Source: an uncultured Verrucomicrobiae bacterium | GTDB lineage: Bacteria > Verrucomicrobiota > Verrucomicrobiia > Limisphaerales > AAA164-E04 | Assembly (NCBI GenBank): GCA_951813855.1 | Contig: OX638380.1 | Coordinates: 3,934,518-3,998,517, forward strand | Direction of reading: 5' to 3' | Length of the DNA stretch: 64,000 bases | In this document: positions 17,590-26,741 of the stretch, piece after piece | Layout: every line of letters begins with the position of its first letter | Position numbering within the stretch: the first letter of the stretch is position 1 | The notes under the pieces: model-generated | Database searches by the model: none | What the model was told of the DNA's origin: nothing | The model's input: only the letters and a program-made list of their open reading frames with translations | Position numbers and translations under genes: made by a program

Positions 17590-19500
17590 TTATTGATCAT
17601 TCAGGTCCTAGGCACGAAGTTCAACCTGTCATCCTTATGGGAACAGTCTGGGAGGGATTGACACCCAGAAGTTGGAACGCTTTGTCTTGAAGCTTGGTTG
17701 GAGTGGTCACGACCATTAGTTCCGACGGCACCTGATTGGATAGGCTAACGGAGTTCAACCCGACACTGGAAAGATCGTCGAGCAGGGTTCGAAAGCTATG
17801 AACCGGAAAGTCATCTTGGGTTCGTTTCGAATCGGCCTTCCGCTTGGCGTCAGGTGACACCTTGGCTGACTCGACTGGCGTAGTTCGACCAGCTCTTGCC
17901 GCTTCTCGATCGTCATCTTCGAAGAGTAGCGGTGCGAGGCGTTGACGCAGATGCCATTCGATGTAGTAGCTCAACAGGCAGAGGAACACGTGAGCACGGA
18001 CGTGAGCTTCGGAGGAAACATAGAAGGGGCGTACTCGCAGATCTTTTTTGATGCTCCGAAAGGCTCGTTCCACCTTTGACAGACTCTTATAGGCCTCGAC
18101 GGCCGCCTCTGATTTAATGTCCGAAAGGCTGGTGCGGATGACATACACGCCGTCGAACCGGGCCTCGGCTTCAATTCGGTCGTGACGGCGCGACCAACTC
18201 ATGCGGTGGTCGGTGATCGTGATCCGGAAGTGTTTTTCGACCTTGAAACGGTTAACCTCGCGACCGACACGATGGCCGATTTTAACTTTGCCGATCAACG
18301 TGCCGGCACGAACGGAAGCGGCAATTCGTTCCAATATCTGTTTGGTTAGCTGCAACAATTCCTCCCGTTTGCGTTGGCGTTCTTCCCGCAAGCGGGGATT
18401 GAGACCGACCATCAGGCGTTCCCCCGGGAAAGTCGGGACTGGTGATCTCGGCAACGGCATCAGGCACCAGTGCCTCAGGGACCAGAGGTGGTAGAGCGGG
18501 CTCCGCGTTGGGATTCCGAGGAGGTTGGGCCAACTTTCGTAATTCGGTCGATTTCAGAGCTGAGATCCAAGCGATTCCGGCTGGATCCAACTGCTCCCGA
18601 ATCCGAGCCGTGGTCACCATTCCCCGATCGCCGACCAGCGCGATCCGGTTAATCCCGAATCGCTTCCGAAGCTTCTCTACCTGGGAAGCCACGGTGCTCG
18701 GATCGGCGGTGTTTCCGGAGAATAGTTCGACCGCAATCGGGCATCCCTCGGGGGTGCACAACAGGCCGAAGATGATCTGTTTCTTGCCCTTCTTGCCGTC
18801 GCGGCTGTAACCAAAAGCCGCCAACGGACAACTTTTTCCTTCCAAGTACGAACTGGTGACGTCATACCGGATCAGCGTCTTATCCTGAAGGTGTTTCTTG
18901 GCCAAACTTCTCTCGATCCACGGTTGCCGTTTCAGCAACCAATCCAGCATGTCGAGAAGTTCGTTGCCGGCGACCGTCCCGAGTTCCAGAAGTGCCCCGA
19001 GACTGGTGTTGGCCGTTTCCGGCGAGAGTCGGCGGGATGTGGCCAGCTTGGAATCTGGTGCGAGCACTCGTGAAATGATGGCGGCGAAAGCCAACTGTCG
19101 TTGGCGACTGAGCTGGCGATGAAGCAATCGTTCGAGTCCCAGCCGGCGAGCGGTCGCCAGAACGGCGATGACATGGCCATGATGGAGGGAACGATTGATC
19201 TTCAGGAGTTGGGAAACATCGCTGACCGCGATACCGCCCTTGAGGATGGTGCGAAAGTCGTTAATGACCTTGGCAGGCAGTTTGGAAAGGATGGCGATGG
19301 TTTTTTTCCGGATCCGGGAACCTTCCCGCCATGATTGACGTAACAGGATGGCCGGTATGTTTGCCTGGTTCGGGATGGATTCGATATTGAAAGCCATAAG
19401 GTGACGTATTATGGGAACGTCAGAACTAATATAATCCAGATATATACTTTGTCAAATGAAAAAAACACCAAAATTATTATGGGAACGATTTGGCAGGTTT
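17590..19500 (-). mobile_element. IS1634-family-like insertion sequence (ends not resolved)
   Basis: Contains the split transposase listed next and sits between tadA and the NUDIX gene. I could not find convincing TIRs. TTATGGGAAC occurs three times in direct orientation (17635, 19410, 19477). Confidence 0.6.
17621..19397 (-). pseudogene. IS1634-family transposase, split by a +1 frameshift
   Basis: The ORFs 18282..19397 and 17621..18460 overlap. The motifs LIRYDVTSSYLEG, GYSRDGKKGKKQIIFGLL and LVGDRGM are IS1634-like. Reading ...ITSPDFPG|ERLMVGLNP is restored by removing one G from a G5 run (plus-strand CCCCC at 18421..18425). Confidence 0.8.
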
Positions 19501-19549
19501 AAACCGCTATATTGTGACTTAAACCCAATAAAAACAGGGGTTTTCATGC

Positions 19550-20056
19550 TTAATGGCTGGTGAAGTTCCGTTTAGGTTGGCTTTGTTCCACGGTCCATCG
19601 TTCCCCCTCGACCGACGTTTCGCAATGGGCGACGAAGAAACCGCCGCGATGCCGCCAAAATAAGGGCCAGATTTGTTCCCGGTCCGTTCGGGGCAGGGGC
19701 AATTCCGGAATTCGGCGAGCCTCGAAGAATGCGAATTCACCCTCGTCGATGGGGGCGGGAGTCCGATCGATCCGCGGCAGCAGTTCGAACAGAAACATGA
19801 GCCAATGGTCTTCGCCGTTAGTTTCCCGTTCGCTGACGATGCCGGTGAGCCGATAATCGGAGATTGCCGTTTCGATTCCTAATTCTTCCCGGCATTCCCG
19901 CAGGGCGCAATGGTGGGGAGATTCGCCGAGGTTCGTATCGAGTTTGCCGCCGCAAGGGCTCCAGAGCCCTTGGTTCGGCGCTTTGCGGCGTTGCAGCAGG
20001 AGCGTCCGGTCGTGAGAATCGAAGCAATAAATCAGGGTCGTGACGCGATAAGGCAT
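19550..20056 (-). CDS. NUDIX hydrolase
   Basis: Has the Nudix box GGKLDTNLGESPHHCALRECREELGIE. Confidence 0.9.
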   Translation of the reverse strand: MPYRVTTLIYCFDSHDRTLLLQRRKAPNQGLWSPCGGKLDTNLGESPHHCALRECREELGIETAISDYRLTGIVSERETNGEDHWLMFLFELLPRIDRTPAPIDEGEFAFFEARRIPELPLPRTDREQIWPLFWRHRGGFFVAHCETSVEGERWTVEQSQPKRNFTSH

Positions 20057-20396
20057 GGAAACGATACGGGGCGGGAAACTAGCAAGTTCTCCAACGATAA
20101 GACAAGTTATTAGACGGGTAGCCGACGGCTGGGAGGGGTGCCGTATCCGTCGAAGGCAGTTATTTCCGGGATCATTCTGCTTCGCGGTACGAAAGCGGGC
20201 AATTCAAAACATTAGCGATATCGCCGGAGCAGGCACGGAGCGGAGCCGAACGAACGGCTGGGATTACGAACGGTTCGGGATTAAAAAAAGCGGGTGCGAA
20301 AGATCGGCGGTTCGAAATCGCCCGGTCGGAAACTTCGAGTTTTTTTCTTGCTAGTAGAGGGTTTTTGATTTTTATGGGGGTCTTGGTTTTATAGAA

Positions 20397-22127
20397 ATGC
20401 TGACTAAACTGACTATACGCAACTTCAAGCAATTCGACGACGTCACGATCGAGTTAGACAACCCGGTGGTGTTTGTCGGGCCGAATAACTCGGGCAAGAC
20501 CTCGGCTTTGCAGGCCCTTTCGCTTTGGGAATTGGGCGTCCGTCATTGGCATGAAAAGCGGGCTTCCGGAAGTGTCCCCCGAAAACGTTCTGGGGTGGCC
20601 ATCAATCGAATGAAACTTTTGTCCATACCGCAGTCGAACTCTAAATTGCTCTGGCGTAATTTAGGGGTGCGTCTGGTAGGAAAGTTGAACGGCAGGCAGA
20701 ACACCCAAAATATCAGGATCGAGATTATCGTAGAAGGAAAATCTTCAAACTCACCATGGAAATGGGGCTTGGAATTTGATTACGGCAATGAAGAATCAAT
20801 CTATTGCCGTCCGCTTCAGAACGAGACGGACGGCAAGGATATGCCACCCGAGGCCGTCTCGGTGCATTGCGCTTTGTTGCCTCCCATGTCGGGATTGACC
20901 TCGGAAGAGGACAAACTGACTGAAGGATCGGTGGCCGTTAGAATTGGAGAGGGCCGAACGGCTGAAGTTCTTCGTAATCTCTGCTATAATCTTCATGAAG
21001 AAGATCCCAAAAAATGGCAAGAATTGGTAAGTTATATTGAGGATCTTTTCGGAGCGAAACTCGAAAAACCATTTTTAGTCAGTGAGCGGGGAAGTATTAA
21101 CATGGCTTATCGGGAAGGCAATGATAGAAAGTCTAAGAAACTGGATTTGCTAGCGAGTGGCAGGGGGATGCTGCAAACCATGCTGATTTTGTCGTATATG
21201 TATACTAATCCAGGAGCAATTTTGTTGTTGGACGAACCTGACGCCCATCTCGAAGCGCTTCGTCAGCGGCAAATGTATGGTATTATTAATGAAGTGGCTC
21301 GCAGTAATAACAATCAAATTATTATCGCTAGCCATTCGGAAGTGCTGCTTAACGAAGCGGCCAGTGAGGATAAGGTGATCGCTTTTATCGGTGCCCCTCA
21401 CATCCTCGGAAAACGACATGAGTTGATAAAAGCGTTAAGCGAATTCGGTTATGAAGAATATTTGTTGGCGGAACAGAAGGGTTGGGTGCTTTATTTGGAA
21501 GGACCATCCGATTTGAAAATATTGCAAGCTTTTTCCAAAAGACTCGGTAACGAAGCCGCTGTCGACGCCTTGGAGAGACCCTTCGTGAAATACGTTCGTG
21601 ATAAGCCTGCCGTGGCCAACAAGCATTTTTATGCCATGAAGGAAGCCAAACCCGACCTTGAAGGCGTAGCTTTATTCGACCGTTTGAATTCGGAATCTCC
21701 GCAAAATATCTCGTATCGTTTATTGATGTGGGAACGATGCGAAATCGAGAACTATCTATGCCATGCCGGCACCCTCGAAGCTTGGTCTCAACATTTTTGC
21801 TCCGAGCATCACGGACCGCTTTTGTTCGAAATTGAGCGGCGGCAAGGATTAGCGGTGATGCAAAAGGTCGTCGAAGAGGTAACGCAAGCTTTTCGAGTTT
21901 TGGGAAAGCAATCTCTTTGGGACAAGGAAATTAAGGCGAGCGATGATGTTTTGAAACCGATTTTCAGTAAATTCCATGAAGAGTTGGGTGTTTATAATGC
22001 CATGAGTAAGAAATGCTATCATGAGTTGGTGCCCCATATTCCCGATGAGGAATTGGATCCGGAGATAGCTCGGAAATTAGACGCTATCGTGGAAATAGCC
22101 AAGAATGCTCGTCCGGGCGATGGATAA
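20397..22127 (+). CDS. ABC-type (AAA_15/21-like) ATPase fused to a Toprim/DUF4435-like C-terminal domain; OLD/PARIS-like
   Basis: Motifs are Walker A GPNNSGKTS, signature-like SGRGMLQ, Walker B ILLLDEPDAHLE and H-loop ASHSE. The C-terminal part has VLYLEGPSDLKIL, ALFDRLNSE and WERCEIENYL. Most of the gene is visibly lower in GC than the backbone. Confidence 0.75.
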   Translation: MLTKLTIRNFKQFDDVTIELDNPVVFVGPNNSGKTSALQALSLWELGVRHWHEKRASGSVPRKRSGVAINRMKLLSIPQSNSKLLWRNLGVRLVGKLNGRQNTQNIRIEIIVEGKSSNSPWKWGLEFDYGNEESIYCRPLQNETDGKDMPPEAVSVHCALLPPMSGLTSEEDKLTEGSVAVRIGEGRTAEVLRNLCYNLHEEDPKKWQELVSYIEDLFGAKLEKPFLVSERGSINMAYREGNDRKSKKLDLLASGRGMLQTMLILSYMYTNPGAILLLDEPDAHLEALRQRQMYGIINEVARSNNNQIIIASHSEVLLNEAASEDKVIAFIGAPHILGKRHELIKALSEFGYEEYLLAEQKGWVLYLEGPSDLKILQAFSKRLGNEAAVDALERPFVKYVRDKPAVANKHFYAMKEAKPDLEGVALFDRLNSESPQNISYRLLMWERCEIENYLCHAGTLEAWSQHFCSEHHGPLLFEIERRQGLAVMQKVVEEVTQAFRVLGKQSLWDKEIKASDDVLKPIFSKFHEELGVYNAMSKKCYHELVPHIPDEELDPEIARKLDAIVEIAKNARPGDG

Positions 22128-22333
22128 ACCCAACCGGTCGGAGTTTGCCTGATCGTCTCTCGGTTTGCCGCTCGGGTTTTCGGGCGTTTCCAGAGAAACA
22201 CACGCACGTCGCTGGAGAGCAAATCCGGCGAATCGAAATTGAGTGGCGAGGCTCCGAAGTTGAGGCGTTTGAAAGGATTCGAGTACGGTCCAAACGTGAG
22301 TACACCACTGACGCCGCGCTCTTCAGGAAACTG

Positions 22334-22744
22334 TTACAGGGCTAAGGTGGTCTGTTTGGCCCCCATGCGAATCACGCTGGCCACCGGTTCCTCGAGCCCG
22401 GGCGTGACATACCGGCTTTCAATTATTTTTTCATTGAGTCCCGACAGGGTTGCCTGGGAAGATGTTCCAGCGTAGAGTATAAGACGCGTGAGTCCAAGTT
22501 TGTCGGGTAGAGGCGGTCCGGATTCGCGTCCGCCAGTCATCCCATCGTAGGACAGCGTAAAAGGAAAGCTTCGTTGACGAAGGCTTTCAAGTCCGACAAC
22601 CAAGTCTTATTACCTAAGTTGTTGGTGGTAACGCTTGTCGCGGCCGATAGTCGAACCCAAACTTTCGGGTATGTGCCGAGCAATTAGGGGAGCCAGATTG
22701 CGCTTGCTGCCTTGGTACGGTATCGGATCGGGAAATCTCCTCAT
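22334..22744 (-). pseudogene. Dam-like (D12 class) N6-adenine DNA methyltransferase, internally deleted
   Basis: Manual translation from the ATG at 22744 gives MRRFPDPIPYQGSKRNLAPLIARHIPESL (the N-terminal AdoMet motif), then stops. The listed ORF 22334..22603 carries only the C-terminal part (FPFTLSYDGMTGG...LILYAGTSSQATL). The catalytic middle, including DPPY, is missing. Confidence 0.6.
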
Positions 22745-23199
22745 TGGTCAACCTTAGCATAGTTCCAGGGTAATGAACGCCATGTTCCGGATCTATTCAT
22801 TTGCGTTCCCCGAAAAACATTCGTGAAATGCTGCAGAGTGCCGCTAGGAAATTCCGGCTAAAAACGAGTCTGTCCTATCGGCGACTCCCTGCGCCGGCTT
22901 GCTGAGTTGCTCCACGGTATAGTCTATGGCGTTGCCCTCTGTCACTTCGGACGGCCTGACATGGTTGACCAGCCGCTTGGCGAGAGAGCGTGGCAGTATC
23001 AGTTCGCGTGCGGTGACGGTGACAAAGACGTCGTGCCGACCGTGGAAGTCGTCGCCATTGAACTGCGAATCCTTCTGAGCGGTGGTTTCAAATCACTATC
23101 TACGATTTTGGGACTCGGAGAGCGAGGACTACGGATTTTGATCCGTTCTTGCTTCTTCTCGATCGAAAATGCCCCGTTCCGCCCTTCGCTGCGTCACGC

Positions 23200-24309
23200 T
23201 CACGATTTTCCGACGATTTCATGAAACGAATTCAGGAAATAATCGACGTTCTGGGGGCGAGAACTTTCGCCCATGAGTCCCACTCGTAAAATACGGTCTT
23301 TCAACGGTCCCAAGCCTTCCCCGATTTCGATGTTATATTTCTCCAGCAGCTCTTTTTTGATTTCGCCGGCGTTCAGGCCTTCGGGCACCTTGACCGGGTT
23401 AAGGGTCCAGAGTTCGTGCCCTTCCGGAGAAGCTAGTTCGAAGCCGATTTCCTTCAATCCGGTTTTCAATCGCAAATGATTGTCTTGGTGCCGTTTCCAC
23501 CGATTATTAAGGCCTTCCTTGAGGATAACGCGGAGCGCTTCGTGAAGCGCGTAATTCATGGTGATGGGAGCGGTGTGGTGATACACTCGTTCCTGATACC
23601 ACCAATTGGCCAGGAGGTTGACATCCAGATACCAGCTTTGAACCTTGGTCGAGCGATTGGTAGCGACGCTCATGGCTTTGGGGCTGAGCGTGACCGGCGC
23701 CAAGCCCGGAGGACAACTCAGGCACTTTTGCGTCGCGCTGTAAGCGGCATCGATCCCCCATTTGTCGACGTAAACCGGACAGCCGCCTAGCGAAGTGACC
23801 ACGTCGACCAGCAGCAACGCTCCGGCGGCGTGAGCGATTCGGGAAACCTCTTCGATCGGCGTTAGGGCGCCGGTCGAGGTTTCGGCATGAACCAGGGCCA
23901 CGATCTTGGGTTTGACCTTTTCGACCGCGCTCGCGAGAGCTTCGGCGGGGACGATCTCCCCCCAAGGCGCGTCTACTCGATGGACGGTCGCGCCGCATCG
24001 CTCGGCGACGTCGCACATTCGTTCCCCGAACAAACCGTTGACGCCGATGACGACGGCATCTCCCGGTTCGACGAGATTGACGAAGCAAAATTCCATGCCA
24101 GCGCTTCCGGTTCCGCTGACGGGTATCGTCATTTCGTTCTCGGTTTGAAACAGGCGGCGGAGCATTTTCATCACCTCGTCCATCAATTCCAGAAAGATCG
24201 GATCCATGTGACTGATAACAGGATCAGTCATGATTAATTGGACGGTCGCACTCAGGTTGCTCGGCCCGGGGCCCATGAGGACAATTTGGGGGCCTTGTCC
24301 CATGATCAT
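23200..24309 (-). CDS. class V aminotransferase (alanine-glyoxylate / serine-pyruvate type)
   Basis: The real start is [18 protein letters not shown] at 24309. The PLP-Lys region is [16 protein letters not shown]. The 138 Arg-rich codons upstream in the 507-aa ORF overlap the permease gene and are not coding. Confidence 0.9.
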   Translation of the reverse strand: MIMGQGPQIVLMGPGPSNLSATVQLIMTDPVISHMDPIFLELMDEVMKMLRRLFQTENEMTIPVSGTGSAGMEFCFVNLVEPGDAVVIGVNGLFGERMCDVAERCGATVHRVDAPWGEIVPAEALASAVEKVKPKIVALVHAETSTGALTPIEEVSRIAHAAGALLLVDVVTSLGGCPVYVDKWGIDAAYSATQKCLSCPPGLAPVTLSPKAMSVATNRSTKVQSWYLDVNLLANWWYQERVYHHTAPITMNYALHEALRVILKEGLNNRWKRHQDNHLRLKTGLKEIGFELASPEGHELWTLNPVKVPEGLNAGEIKKELLEKYNIEIGEGLGPLKDRILRVGLMGESSRPQNVDYFLNSFHEIVGKS

Positions 24310-24407
24310 CCTGGAAGGCGAGTTGAGGAATGATGAACTGGTCACGATCGCGACGGTGGCATGATCGGCCCCGAATGGCAAACTCAAAGCGGTGAGCCGC
24401 GTCGCAA

Positions 24408-25778
24408 TCAGGAGGCGCGGAAAGCCCGCCAGCCTCGTTTCTTGATGCGGTCGAGTAGGACGGCTCCCAGTATGGCGAGTCCCAGCACTACCTTCCGGGT
24501 GAAGCTTTCGACGTGGAGCAAGTTCATGCCATTTTCGATGACGCCGATGATGAAGGCGCCGACCAGGGTGCCCATGATTCGGCCTTCTCCGCCGGCCAGG
24601 CTGGTGCCGCCCACCACGACCGCGGCGATGACGGTGAGTTCGTATAAATGACCGAAGGTCGGCGATCCGCTTTCCAGTTCGGAGGACAAAATGACACCGC
24701 CGAGTCCGGCCAGGCAACCGCAACAGGTGTAGACAAACAGGATCACGGTCTTGACCGGCACGCCGGAAAGCCGGGCCGCGACGGGGTTGCCGCCGGTGGC
24801 GTAGATATAGCGGCCGATTCTCGTGCGGGTCATGACGACATGAGCGAGGATATAGAGCAGGGCCATCAGGACGACGGTGTTGGGTATCCCGAGAAAGTCG
24901 TCGCCGCGTCCCAGCCAGTTGAAGGATTCAGGAATGTCGTTATTGGATTGTCCGTCGGCCAAAAGGTAGGCCATGCCGCTGGCCATCATCATCATGCTCA
25001 AGGTCGCGATAAAGGGAGGGACGGCGAACTGGGTGATCATGACTCCCGAGAAAGTGCCGAGCAGGCCGCAGGCGAGGATGGCGGCCAGGCTGCAAAGGAT
25101 CATGACCCACCACGGAGCATCGAGCGCACCGCCGTAATCCCGGATCAGCAAGGTGCAAACGACCGCTGAAAAGGCGATGAGGCTTCCAACCGACAAATCA
25201 ATGCCTGCCGTGATGATGACCATGGTCATGCCGATGGCGATGATGGCAACTACCGAGATCTGGTTGGCAATGTTCAGCAGATTATCCTTCTTGAGAAAAT
25301 TCGGCCAATAATAGGGTTGCGGTTGATGCCGCTCGGCTTTGGCCATTACCGGATATTTGGTCGCCAGATTTTTGAGGACGGCCCAGCCGAGAGTGACGTG
25401 ATTGCCGGTGATCGCGTGGATCGGGCGACCGTCTTGCTGGGCCTTTTCCAAGGCTCGTCGCACGTCGGGCGGGTTGCCGTTGACATGAGCGGCGATTTCG
25501 AGTCCGCCGGCTTGAACGGCTTCGGCCAGCACCCGGCTGAAGAGGCGGTCTTCATCGTGCCCTCGAGCGAAAATCATGATCCGTTCGCCGGGTTGGTGCC
25601 GGTCGAGCAGGGCGGTGGCCAAGGCGCGGCCGGCCGATTCGCCGCGGGGATACTGAATCTCCCAAGTGGCCCAACTGAAATAGAGCACGATTACCAACAA
25701 GACGAGGACCATGCCGTATTCGGAAAAATGATCTCGGAAAAAATTGGCGACTCGTTTGATCGGGAATATGGCGGCCAT
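24408..25778 (-). CDS. ABC sugar-transporter permease (RbsC/AraH family) with an extra ~150-aa N-terminal domain
   Basis: Shows NIANQISVVAIIAIGMTMVIITAGIDLSVGSLIAFSAVV and about 9 further helices. No ATPase or binding-protein gene is adjacent. Confidence 0.85.
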   Translation of the reverse strand: MAAIFPIKRVANFFRDHFSEYGMVLVLLVIVLYFSWATWEIQYPRGESAGRALATALLDRHQPGERIMIFARGHDEDRLFSRVLAEAVQAGGLEIAAHVNGNPPDVRRALEKAQQDGRPIHAITGNHVTLGWAVLKNLATKYPVMAKAERHQPQPYYWPNFLKKDNLLNIANQISVVAIIAIGMTMVIITAGIDLSVGSLIAFSAVVCTLLIRDYGGALDAPWWVMILCSLAAILACGLLGTFSGVMITQFAVPPFIATLSMMMMASGMAYLLADGQSNNDIPESFNWLGRGDDFLGIPNTVVLMALLYILAHVVMTRTRIGRYIYATGGNPVAARLSGVPVKTVILFVYTCCGCLAGLGGVILSSELESGSPTFGHLYELTVIAAVVVGGTSLAGGEGRIMGTLVGAFIIGVIENGMNLLHVESFTRKVVLGLAILGAVLLDRIKKRGWRAFRAS

Positions 25779-26741
25779 CGGATTAAGCGTTCAGGATAGA
25801 GATCGGATCGTCAGGACTAAAACATTAAATGCCTCGGTTTTTTCGCTGAACTCGGGGTCGGCCGGTTCGACCCGGCGGTTCGCGTGGGAAGGCGGTGGCG
25901 ACGAAAGGGGGCCGCTTCTCGAAAGCTGACCGCGAGACCGGAATTTGGTTTCGGTCGTTCGGAGCGGGGGAGAGGATCGTTTATCGCAAGGCTGGGAAGA
26001 CTGATCGTCCGTTGAAAAAAGCCGGGTGCCGTTTCGACTTCTTGGGACGATCGATTTCGGTTCTTTGTTCGAGCGCGGCAGTCGGTGGCGGGAGGTTTTT
26101 CATTGGTTTTTTCGTGATATGGAGTGAAGACCATGGGGGCGATGATGCTTTCGGGATCAGTTAACCTCAGCGGCCGGACCGGGTGATTGCCCGACATTGG
26201 TGCCGGTCGCATCAACGGCGTGCCGCCATCGGCAAGCCGCTGCGAGGGTTTCGGAATTGTCGTTGCCGCACGTTAAACTCGTCGAATTGAGGGCGGGATT
26301 TACCGAGGTTCAATTCGCTGGAGAGCAATCTGGATCAGCGTTTCGGGATATCAGGGGGACCGATCGTTCGGCGTACCGTGAATTCTCGGATGCCGACTGG
26401 CTGAAGGTCGCGAGTTCCGCCTGATCGCCATATGAAACAATCGGACAAGGCGTCGAGGGATATTGAGTAAGCCGCCATCGATTTCCTTGGCCGAGGTACT
26501 TGCGCATTTTTCCTCGGGGGATACGTGAGCGATGGCCGGGCGGGTTCGTCGCCGGAACGAGAGTCGCCGGCCGGTTGCCGTTCCATGTCGGGTTTAGCTC
26601 TCGAAAGGAGATTGAAAACGCTTCCGGATTTACGGAATCTCAAGCCATCGACGATCCGACCGCCTCCTTGGGGCAGAATGTGGAAACCTGACCGCCGGTT
26701 GCTACGTCTTATAGAGGAACGCGGGCGTATGAGATGAACCA

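Noticed and set aside
20246-20330. tRNA-like 3' end upstream of the ATPase. It reads AGATC GGCGG-TTCGAAA-TCGCC CGGTCGG A (variable loop, T-arm and acceptor look-alike), with a possible 5' acceptor CCGAACG at 20246.
   Set aside because: I could not fold a D-arm or an anticodon arm, and an A7 run sits where the anticodon stem should be. It is not a functional tRNA. At most it is a decayed tRNA or att remnant marking an old integration site, which would need tRNAscan/Infernal and comparison with the real tRNA set.
24310-24723. The N-terminal 138 codons of the 507-aa ORF 23200..24723.
   Set aside because: This stretch is Arg/His-rich junk that overlaps the 3' end of the permease gene. The aminotransferase homology begins at MIMGQGPQ (ATG at 24309).
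25779-26741. Roughly 960-bp gene-poor interval with small ORFs (25817..26215, 26197..26424, 26335..26742).
   Set aside because: The ORFs overlap one another in different frames, have biased composition and carry no motifs. I could not identify an RNA structure or repeat. The interval is left unannotated rather than called.
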